DNA of 64,000 bases, from the sequence record DRR723986_13572. One strand, given 5' to 3'. Numbering within the stretch: position 1 is the first letter of the stretch; the number at the start of each line of letters is the position of its first letter. Shown piece after piece: positions 29,445 through 38,627 of the stretch. The translations under genes and the position numbers were made by a program. The notes beneath the pieces were generated by a model. The model made no database searches. It was not told where the DNA came from and was given only the letters and a program-made list of their open reading frames with translations.

Positions 29445-32400
29445 TTAATGTTTTTCAATCCACTTTCTGGCATTGATAAAAGCTTCTAGCCAAGGTGAGA
29501 CTTCATCATTTCTATCATCAGGATAATGTGCCCAATTCCATTGAAATATAGAGCGTTCTATGTGCGGCATTGTTACTAAATGACGACCTGTTTTATCACA
29601 CATCATTGCTGTATTAAAATCAGAACCATTTGGATTATGAGGATAGTCTTCATAGCCGTATTTAGCGACGATGTGATATTTGTCTTCAGAATACGGTAAA
29701 TCAAATTTTCCTTCTCCGTGAGAAATCCAAACACCCAAAGTATTACCAGCTAAACTCGATAACATTATAGAATCATTCTTTTGAATTTTTACTGAAGTAA
29801 AACTGCTCTCGTGTTTGTTAGAATCATTGTGCACCATTTTACCGTGAATCTCATGATCTGGATTAATTTCTTCTAATTCCATAAACAATTGACAGCCGTT
29901 GCATATTCCAACAGAAAGTGTGTCTTCTCTATCAAAGAAATTCTGAATAACTCGATTGGCTTGCTCATTGTACTTTATAGCTCCAGCCCATCCTTTTGCA
30001 GAGCCCAAAACATCCGAATTACTAAATCCACCAACAGCGCCCAAAAATTGAATATCTTCTAGTGTTTCTCTACCAGAAATTAAATCCGTCATATGAACGT
30101 CTTTTACATCAAAACCTGCTAAATACATTGCATTAGCCATTTCGCGCTCTGAGTTACTGCCTTTTTCTCTAAGTATGGCTGCCTTAGGACGAGTTTGAGT
30201 TTTATTTATTTCAGGAAGTTCACCTGTAAAATACGTAGGAAACGTATAATCTAATGGTTGATTTTTATAGTTAGCAAAACGAGTATTAGCTAAATTATTA
30301 GCTGTCTGTCTGCGATCTAAAAAATGTGATGTTTTATACCACATATCTCTCAAGCGAGAAACAGTCATGGTAAATACTTCATTCTTATTTATGATTCCTA
30401 AAACATCACTTTCAGTGACTTCTCCTATTTTATGGAAATTGATATTTGCTTTTTCTAATTCAGACTCGATAGAACTATCAGTAGACTGAAAAACTATTCC
30501 TACATTTTCTGCAAATAATAATTTAAAAGAATCCATTTCATTAAGGCTAGTAAGATCTATTTCTGCTCCGAGGTTATTGTCAGCAAAACACATTTCAAGA
30601 AGTGTTGTAATTAGTCCACCAGATGCAACATCGTGACCAGCAACGATTTTATAACTTTTTATTAAATTTTGTATTGTGTTAAATACTGTTTTTATGTATT
30701 CCGCACTTTTTATTGTCGGTGCAGAATTGCCCACTTTATTAACAATTTGAGCAAAAGAACTTCCACCTAATTCAAAGTTATCTTGGGATAAATTGATGTA
30801 GTAAATTGATCCTTTATTCTTTTTTAAAACAGGTTCAACAACATTTGTAATATCGCTGCAATTAGCTGCTGCAGAAATTATTACAGTACCAGGTGCAATT
30901 ACATCTCCATCAGGATACTTTTGCTTCATGGATAAAGAATCTTTACCAGTTGGTACGTTAATTCCTAAATCAATTGCGAATTCTGATATAGCTTTAACTG
31001 CTTTATAAAGTCTAGCATCTTCGCCTTCGTTATTACATGGCCACATCCAATTAGCTGAAAGTGATACACTTTTTAATCCATCTTTTAAAGGCGCCCAAAT
31101 AATATTAGTCAGTGCTTCAGAAATAGAATTTCTACTACCAGCTACAGGATCAATTAGACCAGAAATAGGAGAGTGTCCAATACTTGTTGCAATGCCTTCT
31201 TTACCTTTAAAGTCTAAAGCCATTACACCTACATTATTTAATGGTAATTGTAATGGTCCTGCACATTGTTGTTTAGCAACTTTTCCTCCAACACATCGAT
31301 CAACTTTGTTTGTTAACCAATCCTTGCACGCTACGGCTTCTAATTGAAGAACCTGATCTAAATAATCGTAGAAATTATCTTTATTATAAGTTACATCTGA
31401 GAAGTCCTTTTTTACAGTAATGTCTTTCATTATAGTTTTTGGAGAACTACCAAACATATCTTCTAAGGCTAAATCCATAGGTTTATCACCTTTAGTTTTA
31501 GATTCAAAAGTAAAACGATGTTTACCAGTAACATCTCCGACATCGTAAATTGGAGACCGTTCTCTATCTGCTATTTTATGTAAAACTTCTAAGTGGTTTT
31601 CAGATATCACTAATCCCATTCGTTCTTGAGATTCGTTTCCAATGATCTCTTTAGCAGATAGCGTTGGATCACCTACTGGAAGCTTATCTAAATCTATAAG
31701 TCCTCCGGTATCTTCTACCAATTCTGAAAGACAATTTAGATGTCCACCAGCACCATGATCGTGAATTGAAACAATAAAATTCTCTTCACTCTCTACCATG
31801 CCTCTAACTGCATTAGCTGCACGTTTTTGCATTTCTGGGTTAGAACGCTGTACGGCGTTTAACTCAATCCCAGTATCAAACTCACCAGTATCTGCAGATG
31901 ATACTGCCGCACCACCCATACCAATGCGGTAATTATCACCACCTAGTATTACAATTTTATCACCTGTCTTTGGTACATCTTTTATAGCCTGATCTGCTTT
32001 TCCATATCCTATACCACCAGCTTGCATAATTACTTTATCGTAACCAATTTTATTATTAGATTCACTATGCTCAAAAGTTAAAACTGAACCACAAATAAGA
32101 GGTTGACCAAACTTATTTCCAAAATCCGACGCACCGTTACTGGCTTTTATCAAAATATCCATTGGTGTTTGGTATAGCCATTTACGTTCTGGGAAAGCTT
32201 TTTCCCAAGGTCTTTCTTCATTTAATCTTGAATAAGATGTCATGTAAACAGCAGTACCAGCAAGAGGTATAGATCCTTTTCCACCAGCTAATCTGTCTCT
32301 AATTTCACCACCAGAACCTGTAGCTGCACCATTAAAAGGCTCTACTGTAGTTGGAAAATTATGTGTTTCTGCTTTCAGTGAAATTACTGACTCAAAGTCT

Positions 32401-33107
32401 TTTGTTGTGTAAAAGTCTGGTATATCTGCACGTTGAGGAGCAAACTGTTCTACCACTGGTCCCTTTATAAATGCAACGTTATCTTTGTAAGCTGAAACGA
32501 TATCATTAGGATTTTGTCTTGATGTTTCTTTTATCATATTGAACAACGATGAAGGCTGTTCTTGACCGTCAATTACAAATGTGCCATTGAAGATTTTATG
32601 TCTGCAGTGTTCTGAATTAACTTGTGAAAAACCAAACACTTCGGAGTCTGTTAAAGGTCTACCAATTTTATTTGATACACCTTCTAAATACTCTATTTCC
32701 TCATCACTTAATGCTAGCCCTTCTTGTTTGTTGTAAGCTGCAATATCATTAATATTTTGAATGTCCTCTGGCTGAATATTTATTGTGAATAAATCTTGAT
32801 TAAGATTCTTGAATTTTTCTGAAATCATAGGATCAAAATCCCTAAATGTATCAGAAATTGCTATAAATTCTTCAATTCGTATTATACCTTCAATTCCCAT
32901 ATTTTGGGTTATTTCAACGGCATTTGTACTCCAAGGAGTTATCATTGCTGCCCTTGGACCAACAAAAAAAGCATCAATTGATGCTTGTTCTATTTTTGGC
33001 TGATTGCCAAATAACCAGACTAGTTTTAAAATAGTTTCGGTTGATAATTCTTTTGTTGCTTGAACAGCAAATACTTTACTGTTTTGGTTTCCAAAGAAAT
33101 GAATCAT
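29445..33107 (-). CDS. purL: Phosphoribosylformylglycinamidine synthase (large single-chain PurL)
   Basis: NSEHCRHKIF, KAETHNFP, HDHGAGG, GICNGCQ, MPHIER. Confidence 0.97.
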   Translation of the reverse strand: MIHFFGNQNSKVFAVQATKELSTETILKLVWLFGNQPKIEQASIDAFFVGPRAAMITPWSTNAVEITQNMGIEGIIRIEEFIAISDTFRDFDPMISEKFKNLNQDLFTINIQPEDIQNINDIAAYNKQEGLALSDEEIEYLEGVSNKIGRPLTDSEVFGFSQVNSEHCRHKIFNGTFVIDGQEQPSSLFNMIKETSRQNPNDIVSAYKDNVAFIKGPVVEQFAPQRADIPDFYTTKDFESVISLKAETHNFPTTVEPFNGAATGSGGEIRDRLAGGKGSIPLAGTAVYMTSYSRLNEERPWEKAFPERKWLYQTPMDILIKASNGASDFGNKFGQPLICGSVLTFEHSESNNKIGYDKVIMQAGGIGYGKADQAIKDVPKTGDKIVILGGDNYRIGMGGAAVSSADTGEFDTGIELNAVQRSNPEMQKRAANAVRGMVESEENFIVSIHDHGAGGHLNCLSELVEDTGGLIDLDKLPVGDPTLSAKEIIGNESQERMGLVISENHLEVLHKIADRERSPIYDVGDVTGKHRFTFESKTKGDKPMDLALEDMFGSSPKTIMKDITVKKDFSDVTYNKDNFYDYLDQVLQLEAVACKDWLTNKVDRCVGGKVAKQQCAGPLQLPLNNVGVMALDFKGKEGIATSIGHSPISGLIDPVAGSRNSISEALTNIIWAPLKDGLKSVSLSANWMWPCNNEGEDARLYKAVKAISEFAIDLGINVPTGKDSLSMKQKYPDGDVIAPGTVIISAAANCSDITNVVEPVLKKNKGSIYYINLSQDNFELGGSSFAQIVNKVGNSAPTIKSAEYIKTVFNTIQNLIKSYKIVAGHDVASGGLITTLLEMCFADNNLGAEIDLTSLNEMDSFKLLFAENVGIVFQSTDSSIESELEKANINFHKIGEVTESDVLGIINKNEVFTMTVSRLRDMWYKTSHFLDRRQTANNLANTRFANYKNQPLDYTFPTYFTGELPEINKTQTRPKAAILREKGSNSEREMANAMYLAGFDVKDVHMTDLISGRETLEDIQFLGAVGGFSNSDVLGSAKGWAGAIKYNEQANRVIQNFFDREDTLSVGICNGCQLFMELEEINPDHEIHGKMVHNDSNKHESSFTSVKIQKNDSIMLSSLAGNTLGVWISHGEGKFDLPYSEDKYHIVAKYGYEDYPHNPNGSDFNTAMMCDKTGRHLVTMPHIERSIFQWNWAHYPDDRNDEVSPWLEAFINARKWIEKH

Positions 33108-33217
33108 TTATATGTTGAATTTGATGTGAAAAATAAAAACACAAAGTTAATCGATTTTACGATAATCTTATTAATTTTTGAGCTACATATGGTTAAGTAT
33201 TCAACAGGTTTTGAACA

Positions 33218-33250
33218 AAAAATAGCAGCTTATTAAAGCTGCTATTTTTT
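33218..33250 (-). terminator. Intrinsic terminator
   Basis: AAAAAATAGCAGCT-TATTAA-AGCTGCTATTTTTT. Confidence 0.8.
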
Positions 33251-34328
33251 ATTCAATAATAAGTTTCTTAGTGATTGTTCTATCGTCTTGAATAAATTTA
33301 AAGAGATACAATCCAGATGTTAATGAACTCACATCTATAGACATTGACTCATTGATCTTTCGAACAAACACTCGTTTCCCTAAAATATCATATATTTCTA
33401 TTCTCGTTACTGCATTATTAGAAATAGAAATATTAACATGGTCTTTAGCAGGGTTAGGATAGATACTCAACGTTGTATCTAATTCTTGTTCCTCTACTGA
33501 TAGTGTTCCCCAAGGGTCTTCAGGATCTAAGTTTCCACCCCAAATAACTTTAGCTAAATAAGGGTTGTCAATAAATGGATTACGGTTACCATAAGTAGAC
33601 TCTAGTAAGTTATTACGATTGTTTTCTAGTTCAGAAACAGGATCGATAGCGTTCCATTCTAATAAAACTTGTAACATTTCTGTACTACCCTCTTTAGGAC
33701 CAGTAGCATTAAGATCTGGCAAACACCTGTCTCCATATCTAACATACATGTACATCATTATACGCGCTACGTCACCAATCCATTCGTCACCTGGATACCA
33801 GTTACCACTACCAACATCACCAGAGTTACCATTACCAGCTGCAAATAACTTACTTCCTCTATTGCCATTGCGCTGTACGTCACTAGCTCTTAAATTGTGA
33901 GGGTCTGCAACAATACCTAGAGAAGAGTTATTTGCCGAACCCATTGTTGGGTCTGCATTTGATCTTGCAAAAACATGCTCTCTATTATAATCACAATTAC
34001 TACCGCCAAAATCATCCTTATCTCTAATTCTTCTATCATTAATTCCACTAACACAACCTAAATTATCTACATATCCATAGACTAATAAGACATTAGAGTT
34101 TGATACATCGGTAGGGTCTAAATCCATAATTTTAATATCATCTCTCACATCTCCATAGGTGTATGTAGAATTATTTGTGTTATTACTTATTTTAAGTTGT
34201 ATGGCATCATACATAGCCTGTCCTGTAAGCGTAAAATCTACATTATTTTGTCCATTAGAATAATAGGCTTGCTGGGATAAACCCACAAAACTATAAATTA
34301 AAAATGCTATTATGTAAAAGTGTTTCAT
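33249..34328 (-). CDS. Extracellular endonuclease I (EndA/NucM-type) with T9SS C-terminal domain
   Basis: NREHVF, DPHNL, GDVAR..YM, GNRNPFID; CTD IYPNPA...YDILGK..TKKLIIE. Confidence 0.9.
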   Translation of the reverse strand: MKHFYIIAFLIYSFVGLSQQAYYSNGQNNVDFTLTGQAMYDAIQLKISNNTNNSTYTYGDVRDDIKIMDLDPTDVSNSNVLLVYGYVDNLGCVSGINDRRIRDKDDFGGSNCDYNREHVFARSNADPTMGSANNSSLGIVADPHNLRASDVQRNGNRGSKLFAAGNGNSGDVGSGNWYPGDEWIGDVARIMMYMYVRYGDRCLPDLNATGPKEGSTEMLQVLLEWNAIDPVSELENNRNNLLESTYGNRNPFIDNPYLAKVIWGGNLDPEDPWGTLSVEEQELDTTLSIYPNPAKDHVNISISNNAVTRIEIYDILGKRVFVRKINESMSIDVSSLTSGLYLFKFIQDDRTITKKLIIE

Positions 34329-34352
34329 AATCAATATTGTTTTTAACTCGAG

Positions 34353-35564
34353 TTATTTTTTTTCTAATAATGCCATATAAAATCCATCAAATCCAGATTT
34401 ATGAGCTAATATTTTTTTGTCTTTAATTAGTTTAAATCCTTGTCCTGCTTCCGAAGTTAAGAAATTTTCTATTTGCTTTTGGTTTTCAGAAGGTAGAACT
34501 GAACAAGTTGCATATACCATCTTACCACCAGATTTAACCATTTTTGAGTACTGTTGTAATACTTCTGCTTGAGTTTTTTTAATATTTTCTACAAACTCTG
34601 GTTGTAATTTCCACTTAGAATCGGGATTACGTCTTAATACACCTAAACCAGAGCAAGGTGCATCTATTAATAAACGATCAGCTTTACCGTGTAATTTTTT
34701 AATAGGTTTTGTAGAGTCGATAACTTTCATCTCCATATTATGGACGCCATTTCTGCGTGCTCTAATTTTGAGTTTTTTCAATTTACTCTCGTAAATATCC
34801 ATTGCTATTATCTGACCCTTGTTTTCCATAAGCGATGCCAAATGCAAGGTTTTACCACCTGCACCTGCACATACATCTACAACTTTCATGCCTGGTTTAA
34901 CATCCAAGAATTCTGCAACTAGCTGAGATGATGCATCTTGTACCTCAAACCAACCATTTTTAAAGGCTTCAGTTTTGAATACATTAGCGCGTTCAATAAG
35001 CTTTAAAGCAGATTGGTGATTTGGTAAAAATTCAGTTTCAATTTCTTCCGACTGTAATTTTAGTTGTAGATCTTTTTTATTGGTCTTTAAGGTATTTACT
35101 CTAAGAATTACATCAGCTTGTTCATTTTGCTTTGCTATTTCTTTTGTCCATTCAGTTTCTCCTAATTCTTTAACACCTAGATCGTCCATCCAATCTGGAA
35201 TAGATTCACGGTATTTTCTAATTTTTAAAAGTTCATCAAAACGACCTTTTATTTTTCGAGTTGGAGTATCTGTAAAGTATTTCCAATCTGGTAATTTAAT
35301 GCCTTTTAAAGTAGCCCAAACAGCAAATAATCTCCAGAGATTATCTCTGTCGTAGGGAGCTTTTACATTGGCTATTTCTGCATATAGTCTCTGATAACGT
35401 ACAATTTCATATACAGTTTCTGCTATGAATCCTCGATCACGACTTCCCCAACGTTTATCGCGTTTAAGAAGTTGCTGTATTACTTTATCGGCATATTCAC
35501 CCTCATTGAAGATTTTATGTAAACCATCAATAACTGCAAAACATAAGTTTCTGTGTAATCGCAT
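34353..35564 (-). CDS. RsmB/NOP family SAM-dependent RNA m5C methyltransferase
   Basis: QDASSQ, DVCAGAGGKT, DAPCSG, YATCS. Confidence 0.92.
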   Translation of the reverse strand: MRLHRNLCFAVIDGLHKIFNEGEYADKVIQQLLKRDKRWGSRDRGFIAETVYEIVRYQRLYAEIANVKAPYDRDNLWRLFAVWATLKGIKLPDWKYFTDTPTRKIKGRFDELLKIRKYRESIPDWMDDLGVKELGETEWTKEIAKQNEQADVILRVNTLKTNKKDLQLKLQSEEIETEFLPNHQSALKLIERANVFKTEAFKNGWFEVQDASSQLVAEFLDVKPGMKVVDVCAGAGGKTLHLASLMENKGQIIAMDIYESKLKKLKIRARRNGVHNMEMKVIDSTKPIKKLHGKADRLLIDAPCSGLGVLRRNPDSKWKLQPEFVENIKKTQAEVLQQYSKMVKSGGKMVYATCSVLPSENQKQIENFLTSEAGQGFKLIKDKKILAHKSGFDGFYMALLEKK

Positions 35565-35666
35565 TTAAAAAGATATAAGCGTGCAAATGTACAGTTAATT
35601 GTTATTTGATAAAAGTATTAATGGTTTATTCCGTATCCTTTTCTATTTTTAGAAAAAAATTATACT

Positions 35667-36749
35667 ATGAGATTTGTAGTTCTATTAGCCTTTTTTGTTT
35701 TATTAAGTTCTTGCAAAGAGGAATATATTAGATCATCTAATGTGTCTAAAGTTGAAGTAGAAAATTTAGTTAATGATTCAACCTTGAGTGTAAGGGCACT
35801 AGATTTTAATGATGAATACATTTTTTATGGAAGTGAAGACCATATAGGTAAGCATGCGTTGAGCGCTCAATTTAAAATAAATTTAGATGATTTTTCAACT
35901 AATAATGGAAAAACACATTTTAAAAATGTTTTGACTTATGATGATCAGCCACTTCATTTTAGAGCAATTGAGGAGGTAGAAGGAAAATTTTTAGCGATTT
36001 CAATAGGTAATCCTGCGCGACTATATAAATTAAATCGAAAATCTAGTGAACCTAGATTAGTATATGAAGAAGTTAATGATAAGGTGTTTTATGACGCGAT
36101 GAATTTTTGGAATACTAAAGAAGGTATTGCCATCGGTGATCCTACGGATGATTGCATGAGTATAATTATCACCAGAGATGGAGGTGAATCTTGGAAGAAA
36201 ATTGATTGTGATAAATTACCAAAAGTTAGAGAGGGTGAAGCTGCTTTTGCCGCTAGCGATACTAATATAGCCGTTGTCGGTGACCATACATGGATAGCTT
36301 CGGGAGGCAAGGCAAGTCGTATTTTATACTCTCCAGACAAAGGGAATACATGGAATGTTTTTGATACTCCAATAATTCAAGGTAAGGAGACTACAGGCAT
36401 GTATTCAGTAGACTTCTATGATGAAAAAAATGGTTTTGCGATTGGAGGAGATTATACTAAACCAAGCGATACACTTGATAATAAAATTAGGACTAATGAT
36501 GGTGGTATAACTTGGCAAGTTGTTGCTAACGGTAAAGCAACAGGCTATAGAAGCTGTGTACAATATATACCCAATAGAGATGGTAATGAATTAGTAGCCG
36601 TTGGTTTTAAGGGTATAGACTACAGTAATGATTCTGGCACTACTTGGACACATTTAAGTGACGAAGGTTTTTATACTATACGCTTCTTAAATGATTCTAT
36701 TGCTTATGCAGCAGGTAGAGGACGAATAAGTAAATTAATGTTTAGATAA
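35667..36749 (+). CDS. BNR/Ycf48-like beta-propeller lipoprotein
   Basis: Lipobox LSSC; TRDGGESW, SPDKGNTW, TNDGGITW Asp-boxes. Confidence 0.8.
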   Translation: MRFVVLLAFFVLLSSCKEEYIRSSNVSKVEVENLVNDSTLSVRALDFNDEYIFYGSEDHIGKHALSAQFKINLDDFSTNNGKTHFKNVLTYDDQPLHFRAIEEVEGKFLAISIGNPARLYKLNRKSSEPRLVYEEVNDKVFYDAMNFWNTKEGIAIGDPTDDCMSIIITRDGGESWKKIDCDKLPKVREGEAAFAASDTNIAVVGDHTWIASGGKASRILYSPDKGNTWNVFDTPIIQGKETTGMYSVDFYDEKNGFAIGGDYTKPSDTLDNKIRTNDGGITWQVVANGKATGYRSCVQYIPNRDGNELVAVGFKGIDYSNDSGTTWTHLSDEGFYTIRFLNDSIAYAAGRGRISKLMFR

Positions 36750-36781
36750 AAAAAAAGCAGCTAAACAGCTGCCTTTTTATT

Positions 36782-37237
36782 CTAATTTCTTCTATTTCCG
36801 CGTTTTTCTCTAAACTCTCTTAATCGCTCTAATAGCATTTTATTGAATTGATCTTCAGCGGCTTTTAATTTTATAATTTTTGTTGAGGATATCACTTTTT
36901 TTAAATCGGTAACAAGCTCTAATTTAGCATCGTGCATATCTTTTTCAGCTTTTAAAAGTTTTTCTAATAACTCATCAGCTTCTCTATCTGAAACATCACC
37001 CTTGCGCATTTTCATTTTTATAGCTCTCAGGTCGTCATCCTTGATTTTTTCGACTTTAGCTTCAAAGGCATTATAAATTGGCCAAAACTTTTGTGCTTCT
37101 TCAGCTGTTAAACTTAATTTATCTGTTATAAAAGCTATTTTTTGAGCTTTTATCTTTTCTTGCATTTCCTTTCTTCCTCCTTGAGCAAAAATTGAAACAC
37201 TAAAAAGGAATAGTGCTATCGGGATTATTTTTTTCAT
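36782..37237 (-). CDS. Periplasmic helical protein of the ECF sigma operon
   Basis: Signal peptide; KIAFITDKLSLTAEEAQKFWPIYN motif; third gene after sigma and anti-sigma. Confidence 0.75.
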   Translation of the reverse strand: MKKIIPIALFLFSVSIFAQGGRKEMQEKIKAQKIAFITDKLSLTAEEAQKFWPIYNAFEAKVEKIKDDDLRAIKMKMRKGDVSDREADELLEKLLKAEKDMHDAKLELVTDLKKVISSTKIIKLKAAEDQFNKMLLERLREFREKRGNRRN

Positions 37238-37251
37238 TTCAAGTGTTATTT

Positions 37252-37752
37252 TTATTCTAAAATTGTTTCTATATCTGCATTCTCTAAAAGATAATCTTCT
37301 AGATTATCTTCATTGTAATTAGTTTCAATTATTGTAAAGTCATCTTCAAGTATATCAGCATCTGATAGTAGTTGAGCTAAATCATAAGTGTCTAAACCAC
37401 TATTTTCAAAATATGCTTCTACCATCTCACCAGTTAATTCATCTGGTTTTTCAATATTTATAAACACCGCAAATAGTAGTATTAATGATGCTGCAATACC
37501 TGCTACATAATAAAAGGATTTACGCGCAAATAAATGTACAATTGGTTTATCATCATTATTTATTTTAACTAAAACCTCTTGTTCAATGGTGTTAAAATAA
37601 TCTTTTGGCACAGAAAATCCTGGTGAATCAATTTCCTTAATTACATCAGATTCATTGATACGACTTAGGATTTTATCCTCAAGAGTATCAAAGTAGTTGC
37701 CTGGCGTTTTAAAACCTGTTGACTTAATGTTATGTAATTTATCTTCTTTCAT
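37252..37752 (-). CDS. Probable membrane-anchored anti-sigma factor
   Basis: Duplicated GFxxPxxYF motif, single TM (YYVAGIAASLILLF), downstream of the ECF sigma. Confidence 0.7.
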   Translation of the reverse strand: MKEDKLHNIKSTGFKTPGNYFDTLEDKILSRINESDVIKEIDSPGFSVPKDYFNTIEQEVLVKINNDDKPIVHLFARKSFYYVAGIAASLILLFAVFINIEKPDELTGEMVEAYFENSGLDTYDLAQLLSDADILEDDFTIIETNYNEDNLEDYLLENADIETILE

Positions 37753-37762
37753 TTGTTATTAT

Positions 37763-37787
37763 GACTTCAAATTATACAAATAGTTTA
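37763..37787 (-). promoter_or_regulatory. Putative ECF sigma promoter for the anti-sigma gene
   Basis: Minus strand TAAAC-N17-GTC-ATAATA. Confidence 0.55.
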
Positions 37788-38327
37788 ATCTGAAGTTAAA
37801 AAGGATTCTATTTTTTTAACTGCTAAATGATATGAAGCTTTTAGTGCTCCTTCAGTTGTGTCCAATATTTCGGACATATCTTTATATTTAATATCATCAA
37901 AATATTTCATATTAAATACAAGTTGCTGTTTTTGAGGCAAGGATGCAATGGCCTTCTGCAATTTAAGCTGTATATCATCACCCTCAAAATATACATCTGC
38001 CGTTAAGCTGTTAATAGCATTGTTTTGATGTTCTTCATTCGTTATTTGTAATCGTTTAGCATTTCTATTGATATGCGTTATAGATTCATTTGTAGCGATA
38101 CGATAGAGCCAAGAATAGAGTTTGCTTTCGCCTTTAAACTTGTCAATACTGCGATATACTTTTATGAAGGTGTTTTGCAATACATCGTCTGCATCATCAT
38201 GATTTAATACTATTTTTCGAATATGCCAATACAGACGTTCCTTATAGAGTTGCAATAACTCTCTAAACGCGGCTTCTTTAGAATTAGGGTTTTGTAGGCG
38301 TAATATGAAATCTGATTCGTTGATCAA
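37785..38327 (-). CDS. ECF RNA polymerase sigma-70 factor
   Basis: DADDVLQNTF..SWLYRIATN region 2; LPQKQQLVF..GALKASYH region 4. Confidence 0.93.
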   Translation of the reverse strand: MINESDFILRLQNPNSKEAAFRELLQLYKERLYWHIRKIVLNHDDADDVLQNTFIKVYRSIDKFKGESKLYSWLYRIATNESITHINRNAKRLQITNEEHQNNAINSLTADVYFEGDDIQLKLQKAIASLPQKQQLVFNMKYFDDIKYKDMSEILDTTEGALKASYHLAVKKIESFLTSD

Positions 38328-38347
38328 GTCAATAGGTTTGCTATTAA

Positions 38348-38372
38348 GACTCTACAAATTACTAAAAGTTTA
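38348..38372 (-). promoter_or_regulatory. Putative autoregulatory ECF sigma promoter
   Basis: Minus strand TAAAC-N17-GTC-TTAATA, same geometry as 37763-37787. Confidence 0.6.
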
Positions 38373-38518
38373 ATTGTATTGTTTAATTAAATTAATTGCA
38401 ATTAATCGTTTACTGATAATTAAATAGTTACAAGATAAATACTCGATAAAAAGCAAAAAAACACGATAAAAAGCACTTTTTTCTTGTTTTGTACTTTATT
38501 TTGTTATATGTTTGACCC

Positions 38519-38599
38519 AGCTTAACCTATAACCGTTACCAGTGTCCCCAAATCTGGTAACAAACAGAGAAGGATGCATGTAAAAGTGCATCCTTTTTG
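38519..38599 (+). ncRNA. Candidate orphan sRNA with CCCC-loop hairpin
   Basis: -7 box TATGTTTG 38507-38514; hairpin GTTACCAG-TGTCCCCAAAT-CTGGTAAC; terminator AAGGATGCA..TGCATCCTT-TTT on the + strand, opposite to both flanking genes. Confidence 0.6.
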
Positions 38600-38627
38600 A
38601 TTTTTATAAAAAGTAAATGATTAGGTT

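Noticed and set aside
33249-35564. Nuclease next to methyltransferase as a restriction-modification or defence system
   Set aside because: The methyltransferase is an RsmB-type RNA m5C enzyme and the nuclease is a T9SS-exported EndA-type scavenging enzyme.
38441-38476. Direct repeats as a CRISPR or mini-array
   Set aside because: Only two 12-bp copies with an 8-bp gap and no cas genes; better explained as a regulator site.
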